Positions 58,970 through 64,000 of a DNA stretch of 64,000 nucleotides are shown here, in pieces. Numbering within the stretch: the first letter of the stretch is position 1; the number at the start of each line of letters is the position of its first letter. This stretch comes from Candidatus Hodarchaeota archaeon. Its GTDB lineage: Archaea; Asgardarchaeota; Lokiarchaeia; Sigyniarchaeales; SOKP01. The stretch is taken from contig JBHLKM010000001.1 of assembly GCA_048886685.1 (NCBI GenBank), forward strand, positions 320,001-384,000, read 5' to 3'. The position numbers were made by a program, and so were the translations under genes. Under the pieces are notes generated by a model, which saw nothing but the letters and a program-made list of their open reading frames with translations, was not told the origin of the DNA and did no database searches.

Positions 58970-59641
58970 TTAGCATTTATAAATTTTTTCTATTAGCATT
59001 TTTGGATTTGTAATATAAGCTTTTTTTGCTATATTTATAGGAATTTCTAAAAGTGAGTTACAGATGCTTATTAATGCTCTTGGATGTCTGTAATCAAATA
59101 AATTCATAAAGTTTCCACTGATTATATAATTAGCTTTTGATTTTAGTGCTATATGGATGAATTTATATAAAGTTCTAAAGTTTTTTGATTGAATTGTTTT
59201 ATTATTCACCATTATTGGTGCCAAAGAAAATTCTATAAAAATATTATTCTGCTTAGTTAAAGAAATTACCCCAGAGGTAAGTGTTTTTATAATTTCTGGA
59301 TCAGAAAAAGAAACAATATCAACTCTTGAATCTTTCGAACACTGCAATTGTACCTCTCTATTCAGAGATTCTATTGATAGTATATCTCTAAAATTGTTAA
59401 ATTTTTTTATTTTTTTCTTAAATTCTTCAATAGTTTTTACTCGTAAATTAATTCGGAAATATACATTAACATTTGATTTATTTTCTATTTTTTGTCTAAT
59501 ATCTATAGGAACTTTTTCAATGTCATTCTTTGGTTCTAAAATTATATTTTTTATACCTAATTCTCTACAAAATTCTAATCTCTTTTTAACTTCATCAATA
59601 TTTTTTATATCTACAGGCAGTCTTGATTCAAAATATGACAA
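58970..59641 (-). CDS. rnp3: RNase P protein Rpp30
   Basis: DSRVDIV, IFIEFSL, YIISG...RHPRAL; adjacent to Pop5. Confidence 0.85.
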   Translation of the reverse strand: MSYFESRLPVDIKNIDEVKKRLEFCRELGIKNIILEPKNDIEKVPIDIRQKIENKSNVNVYFRINLRVKTIEEFKKKIKKFNNFRDILSIESLNREVQLQCSKDSRVDIVSFSDPEIIKTLTSGVISLTKQNNIFIEFSLAPIMVNNKTIQSKNFRTLYKFIHIALKSKANYIISGNFMNLFDYRHPRALISICNSLLEIPINIAKKAYITNPKMLIEKIYKC

Positions 59642-59759
59642 TAAGGTATTTACCTCAAAAAAATGTTTTACATTATATAATTAATCTAGGGTCTCTGAAA
59701 ATAAAAAAATTTTATTATAAATAAATATTTAAAATGGTGATTTTTCGAAAAAAAGGGGT

Positions 59760-61055
59760 GTGTATTTGATTAAAAGAAGAAAGCTCTCAGAAGTAAGAAA
59801 AAAGATTGATGATGGGACTGCTGTCGTATTCACAGTGCAAGAATTATTAAATCTAATTAGGAATGATGAAGAAGTTAAGTTTGAGGATGTTGACGTAATA
59901 ACAACAGCAACAAAAGCTCTTATGAGTGGAATTATGGGAATTTTTTCATTCCGATTAACACCACCTAAAACTTTGCGAAAATTTACGAAAGTGAGTATGA
60001 ATGGAATCCCTTGTTTTCCTGGTCCTTGTCCAAATGAATACTTGGGCATAGTAGATTTGATAGTCTATGGAACAGCTCAAAGTGAGACAGTAGAAAATTA
60101 TTGTGGTGGTTCATTGTTTAGAGAGCTTGTGGAAGGAAAGAATATAAAAATCCTAGCAAAGAGTGCTGAAGGTGAAACTGTGAAGAGTGATATGACTTTA
60201 GAAGATATGCAATTTGCTAAATTAATGGGCACTAGACAGTCTATTAAAAATTACAATGCAATGATTAACTGTGAAACATATGAAGTAAATACTATTTTTT
60301 CTTGTCTTCCATTTAACCCCGATAATTCAGAAATTACTTTTTCTGGATGTGGTGCTTTAAATCCTTTTCAGAATGATCCTGAGTTTGAATCTTTCGGTGT
60401 TGGTTCACCAATTCTGGTAAATGGAAATATTGGTTACCTTGTTGGACCTGGTACTCGTAATTATATTGCTAAGCCTAATATGATGACAATAGCAGCTTTT
60501 AAGGGGATGAAACCGGAATTTATGGGTGCTTTTAAAACTTCTTATGGGTTAGAGCCGATATGTAGTTTAGCCCTTCCTATCCCCATATTAAATGAGAATA
60601 TCTTTAACAATCTCGTAAAATCTGATAGAGATGTTAAATTGAATATATTAAGTTTGATAGGTAGAGAAAAAGTAGGAGAAATTACCTATGGGGACGTTTG
60701 GGATAATAATTTCAGAATGAAGTTTAATCCTGAAGTATGTAAAAGATGTGATAAATGTGATGTTATTGATAAATGCCCAACAGACGCATTTATTATCAAT
60801 AACGGCATTATTACCGGAGTAGATCGATTACGCTGTTTTAATTGTGGTAATTGTGCTATTTTATGTCCAGAAGCCTTTGAATTGGATTTGAAATCAATTA
60901 AATTTGAAGAAAAGGAAATACCAGTTGTTTTAAGACAATCAGATAGAAATGGAGCAATAATTTTAGCTGAACAATTGAAATCTATGATCCTTAGCGGAGA
61001 ATTTCCTTTAAAAAAACCGATTAGTAAATTAAAATTTGCTAAAGAGGTAAAATAA
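59760..61055 (+). CDS. DUF39 / methanogenesis marker 16-like metalloprotein with 4Fe-4S ferredoxin domain
   Basis: DVDVITTAT, GPCPNE, TFSGCGALNP.QNDP, GPGTR, CKRCDKC..CP and CFNCGNC..CP, RQSDR. Confidence 0.85.
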   Translation: MYLIKRRKLSEVRKKIDDGTAVVFTVQELLNLIRNDEEVKFEDVDVITTATKALMSGIMGIFSFRLTPPKTLRKFTKVSMNGIPCFPGPCPNEYLGIVDLIVYGTAQSETVENYCGGSLFRELVEGKNIKILAKSAEGETVKSDMTLEDMQFAKLMGTRQSIKNYNAMINCETYEVNTIFSCLPFNPDNSEITFSGCGALNPFQNDPEFESFGVGSPILVNGNIGYLVGPGTRNYIAKPNMMTIAAFKGMKPEFMGAFKTSYGLEPICSLALPIPILNENIFNNLVKSDRDVKLNILSLIGREKVGEITYGDVWDNNFRMKFNPEVCKRCDKCDVIDKCPTDAFIINNGIITGVDRLRCFNCGNCAILCPEAFELDLKSIKFEEKEIPVVLRQSDRNGAIILAEQLKSMILSGEFPLKKPISKLKFAKEVK

Positions 61056-61229
61056 GAAACATTTTATAGGCAAGATAAAAACAGGAAGATAGGGGAATGT
61101 TAATTATTGGATTTTGCTTACTATAATTCAATTATTAACCTCTACTTGATACTTTCTAACATAGATATCTTTGATATTATCGGATTTATCGGTAAAAAAG
61201 TTTATCTTTAATTTGTAATTTAGAGAATT

Positions 61230-62963
61230 ATGAGTAATCAAATATTGAATGGTGGAGATTTAACGGTTAAATCCCTCTTAAAAGCGGGAGTTTCAAAAAT
61301 ATTTGGGTTAGTTGGTGGTGAATTATTAAAAATTTATGATGCAATAGAACGTTGGGGTCGAGAACAGGGCATTGACACAGTTATGGTAAGACATGAACAG
61401 GCAGGAGGACATATGGCAGACGCGTGGGCTAGATCCACTGGAGAAATTGGGGTTTGTTTAGGAACTGTTGGACCTGGAGTAACTCACCTTGTCCCTGCCG
61501 TAGCCACCGCTAATGCTGATTCTATTCCTTTATTAGTTATTGGGGCTCAGATAGGTAGGATGTTTGAAGATACTGGTATTCTACAAGGAGGAATTGATCA
61601 AATAGCTTTAATGAAACCCATAACAAAAGCTCAAATCCAAGTAGAAGAACCTTATGAGATCCCTAAAGCTCTTCAAAAAGCAATAAGAATTGCTTTATCT
61701 GGAAGAAGAGGGCCCGTATACATGGAATTTAGGGAAACTGCTTTGGTTAGAAACGCAACTGAGGATGCCAATAAAGAAATTTTAAATCCTGAAAAATATA
61801 GACCTATTAATAGACCAAATAGTGGGCCGGAAGATATTAAACAAGCAGTTGAAATCTTAAAAAGCGCTAAAAGACCATTAATCGTGGCTGGTGGTGGTGT
61901 AATTGCTTCAGAAGCTTCAAAGGAATTAATACTACTATCCGAAACCTATGTCATACCTTCAGGAACTACAATTAACGGGATAGGATCAATCGGAAGCGAC
62001 AAAAAAACCTTTTTAGATTCCTATTTGATTAATGCCTCATATCGTACAGCTGCATCTGAAGCAGATGTGGTTTTATCACTTGGTTGTAAATGGGATTATT
62101 CAATATTTTATGGAACAAAACCTCTCTGGAATCAAGATCAAAAAGTAATTCAAATTGACATTGATCCTAATGAAATTGGTAAAAACAGATCAATCGAGCT
62201 AGGTATTATTGGCGATTGTAAAGCAGTTCTCAATCAACTATTACATGAAATGGAGGAAAACCTTCCAAAAAACAAAATAACGGAATGGACAGAATGGAAT
62301 AATTATTTACAAGAAATTAGGCAAAATCAATTAACCTCAAATCTAAAATTACTTGATTCCAAAAAATCACCAATGAAACCAGAAAGACTTGTGTATGAAT
62401 TGTTTGATTATGTTCCAGAAGATACACAAATAGTACTAGACGGAGGTGATATTGTAATTTTTTCCTACAAATTTATAAACCATAAACCAAGGTCGCCTAG
62501 ATCAACATTTTTCCCAATATCAATGGGTCATCTAGGAATTGGTATTCCTTATTCGATTGCAGTTAAATTGGCAAAACCAGATAAACTTGTAGTGTGTTTA
62601 TCCGGAGATGGAAGTTTTTTATTCAATGTACAGGAATTAGAAACGGCAGTAAGATTAAATTTACCAATAATCGTTGTCATTGCTAATAATTGTGCATGGG
62701 GGATGATAAAAAGTAACCAAAAAAGAGGTTATGGAAAAAGGTATTGCGATGTAGATTTTCCTCCAATAAATTATTCTGAAATAGCCAAAGGTTTTGGGTG
62801 CTATGGAGAAAAGATTAAAAAACCAGAGGAAATTAAGCATGCAGTACGACGAGCTATAGATTCCAAGAAGCCAGCAGTCATAGATGTTGATATTTCATTT
62901 GAAACCCCCACTCCAATGAGGTTTTTAGCTCAATATAAAAAGAATATGGGACTTTATGGATAG
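61230..62963 (+). CDS. Thiamine-diphosphate-dependent enzyme (acetolactate synthase / 2-hydroxyacyl-CoA lyase-like)
   Basis: VRHEQ, GPG, GRRGPV, GDGSF...NN. Confidence 0.92.
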   Translation: MSNQILNGGDLTVKSLLKAGVSKIFGLVGGELLKIYDAIERWGREQGIDTVMVRHEQAGGHMADAWARSTGEIGVCLGTVGPGVTHLVPAVATANADSIPLLVIGAQIGRMFEDTGILQGGIDQIALMKPITKAQIQVEEPYEIPKALQKAIRIALSGRRGPVYMEFRETALVRNATEDANKEILNPEKYRPINRPNSGPEDIKQAVEILKSAKRPLIVAGGGVIASEASKELILLSETYVIPSGTTINGIGSIGSDKKTFLDSYLINASYRTAASEADVVLSLGCKWDYSIFYGTKPLWNQDQKVIQIDIDPNEIGKNRSIELGIIGDCKAVLNQLLHEMEENLPKNKITEWTEWNNYLQEIRQNQLTSNLKLLDSKKSPMKPERLVYELFDYVPEDTQIVLDGGDIVIFSYKFINHKPRSPRSTFFPISMGHLGIGIPYSIAVKLAKPDKLVVCLSGDGSFLFNVQELETAVRLNLPIIVVIANNCAWGMIKSNQKRGYGKRYCDVDFPPINYSEIAKGFGCYGEKIKKPEEIKHAVRRAIDSKKPAVIDVDISFETPTPMRFLAQYKKNMGLYG

Positions 62964-63006
62964 TATATATTATATAAAATAATGTATCTAGAAAAGAGAT
63001 GGAATT

Positions 63007-63801
63007 ATGAATGAAAATTTTTTAGAAGGAAAAGTAGCCCTGGTTACAGGTGCGGGTAGTGGATTTGGGCGCGAAATGGCTCTTGCATTCGCAAGTAAAG
63101 GGGCAAGCTTGGTTCTAAATGATATTGATTTTGAAGCTATTAAAGAAACTCGTGAGATGGTTTTAAAATTATTTAATGTTGATATCTTACTAGCAGAAGC
63201 AGACATTTCTAATGAGGAACAAGTTGATGCTATGAGAAGCAACGTTTTTCAAAAATTTGATAATGTATTTCTTTTGGTAAATAATGCGGGAATAAGAGGG
63301 GGATCATCATCCTTAAAAACTAAGACTAAGGATTATAACCGGATTATGGATGTAAATGTGAAAGGTGCATGGAATGTAACGAAATCTTTTTATAGAAAAA
63401 TGGCCAAACAAAAATTTAAGCCAGTTACTGGAAAAATTATTAATATAACTTCATGTGCGGGTACAGAATGTGGTTTAAATCCTTTTATTGGTATGTACAG
63501 TGTAAGTAAAGCGGCTCTTATTGCCTTTACGAAACTCTGGGCTCTTGAATTAGGGCCAAATAACATTACGGTGAATGCAATTTGTCCTGGTATTTTTCTT
63601 ACACCAATATACAATAATGATCCTGAATTTATTAGAGAATGGATAAAACTTAGAAATATCAAGCTCCCTTTAGACAAGATTGGAGAAGCTAGCCAGGTTG
63701 CCGACGTTGCATTATTCTTAGCATCTCCAGCTTCTGATTATATTACAGGTCAAAATATTATTATTGATGGAGGAATGACCATTTCTATCAATAAATTATA
63801 A
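63007..63801 (+). CDS. Short-chain dehydrogenase/reductase
   Basis: TGAGSGFG, NNAG, YSVSK, VNAICPG. Confidence 0.95.
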   Translation: MNENFLEGKVALVTGAGSGFGREMALAFASKGASLVLNDIDFEAIKETREMVLKLFNVDILLAEADISNEEQVDAMRSNVFQKFDNVFLLVNNAGIRGGSSSLKTKTKDYNRIMDVNVKGAWNVTKSFYRKMAKQKFKPVTGKIINITSCAGTECGLNPFIGMYSVSKAALIAFTKLWALELGPNNITVNAICPGIFLTPIYNNDPEFIREWIKLRNIKLPLDKIGEASQVADVALFLASPASDYITGQNIIIDGGMTISINKL

Positions 63802-63870
63802 TCACACATTTCTCCTAAATTTTGAAGTTAAAATGTTAATAAACTCTTGATTTGTATTTAGAAGATTCAC

Positions 63871-64000
63871 CTAAGATATTTTTTCACATTCTTCATTAAT
63901 AACTTTCATAGTTACGTTGAAATCCTGCCACCAGTCTTGACCTTGTTGAGCAACCAACATTGGATCTATTTTTCGAGTGTCTAAACATCTTATTTCTTCT
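63871..64000 (-). CDS. 3' end of a hypothetical protein entering from the right edge
   Basis: Open frame ...EEIRCLDTRKIDPMLVAQQGQDWWQDFNVTMKVINEECEKIS* ending at TAG 63871. Confidence 0.6.
   Translation of the reverse strand, partial: EEIRCLDTRKIDPMLVAQQGQDWWQDFNVTMKVINEECEKIS

Noticed and set aside
860-63677. Many short ORFs in the track that overlap long genes (e.g. 11260-11784, 29220-30668, 31151-35104, 59729-60049)
   Set aside because: Antisense or off-frame shadows of real genes; their Ser/Phe/Ile-rich composition mirrors Glu/Lys-rich sense codons.
1-64000. CRISPR arrays, rRNA genes, IS transposases
   Set aside because: No spaced direct repeats, long non-coding GC-rich blocks or DDE/HUH transposase ORFs were seen.

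Overview
An AT-rich (roughly 28% GC by eye) archaeal chromosomal window, most consistent with an Asgard archaeon of the Lokiarchaeia type. The evidence is a Rag-like GTPase, a roadblock protein, a uDENN/longin-like protein, an EMC6-like protein and archaeal informational genes. It is mostly housekeeping, with a chromosome-biology cluster: MCM with two inteins (running off the left edge), GINS23, Topo VI A/B, Smc-ScpA-ScpB and a degenerate Cdc6/Orc1. It also holds a MoxR-VWA-SWIM operon, a glycyl radical enzyme, valS, rpl15e, trpB2, pyrI, Rqc2/NEMF, RNase P subunits and two intron-containing tRNAs. No CRISPR array or intact transposase was seen. The most notable signals are: (1) an unannotated 18-codon Trp-rich leader ORF (MTLAKNLAWCWQWPWRWR) with a GNRA hairpin and U-tracts upstream of trpB2, a candidate ribosome-mediated Trp attenuator in an archaeon; (2) a 1484-aa Smc with no recognisable hinge or zinc hook, an internally duplicated helical apex and arms built from 90/98-aa repeats; (3) the same SAP/HeH-like domain appended to ScpA and TopoVIB; (4) a box C/D sRNA whose D guide fits the 23S P-loop Gm2251 site; (5) several genes that appear to need ATT/ATA/ACG start codons. 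All calls come from reading motifs by eye; no database searches were run.
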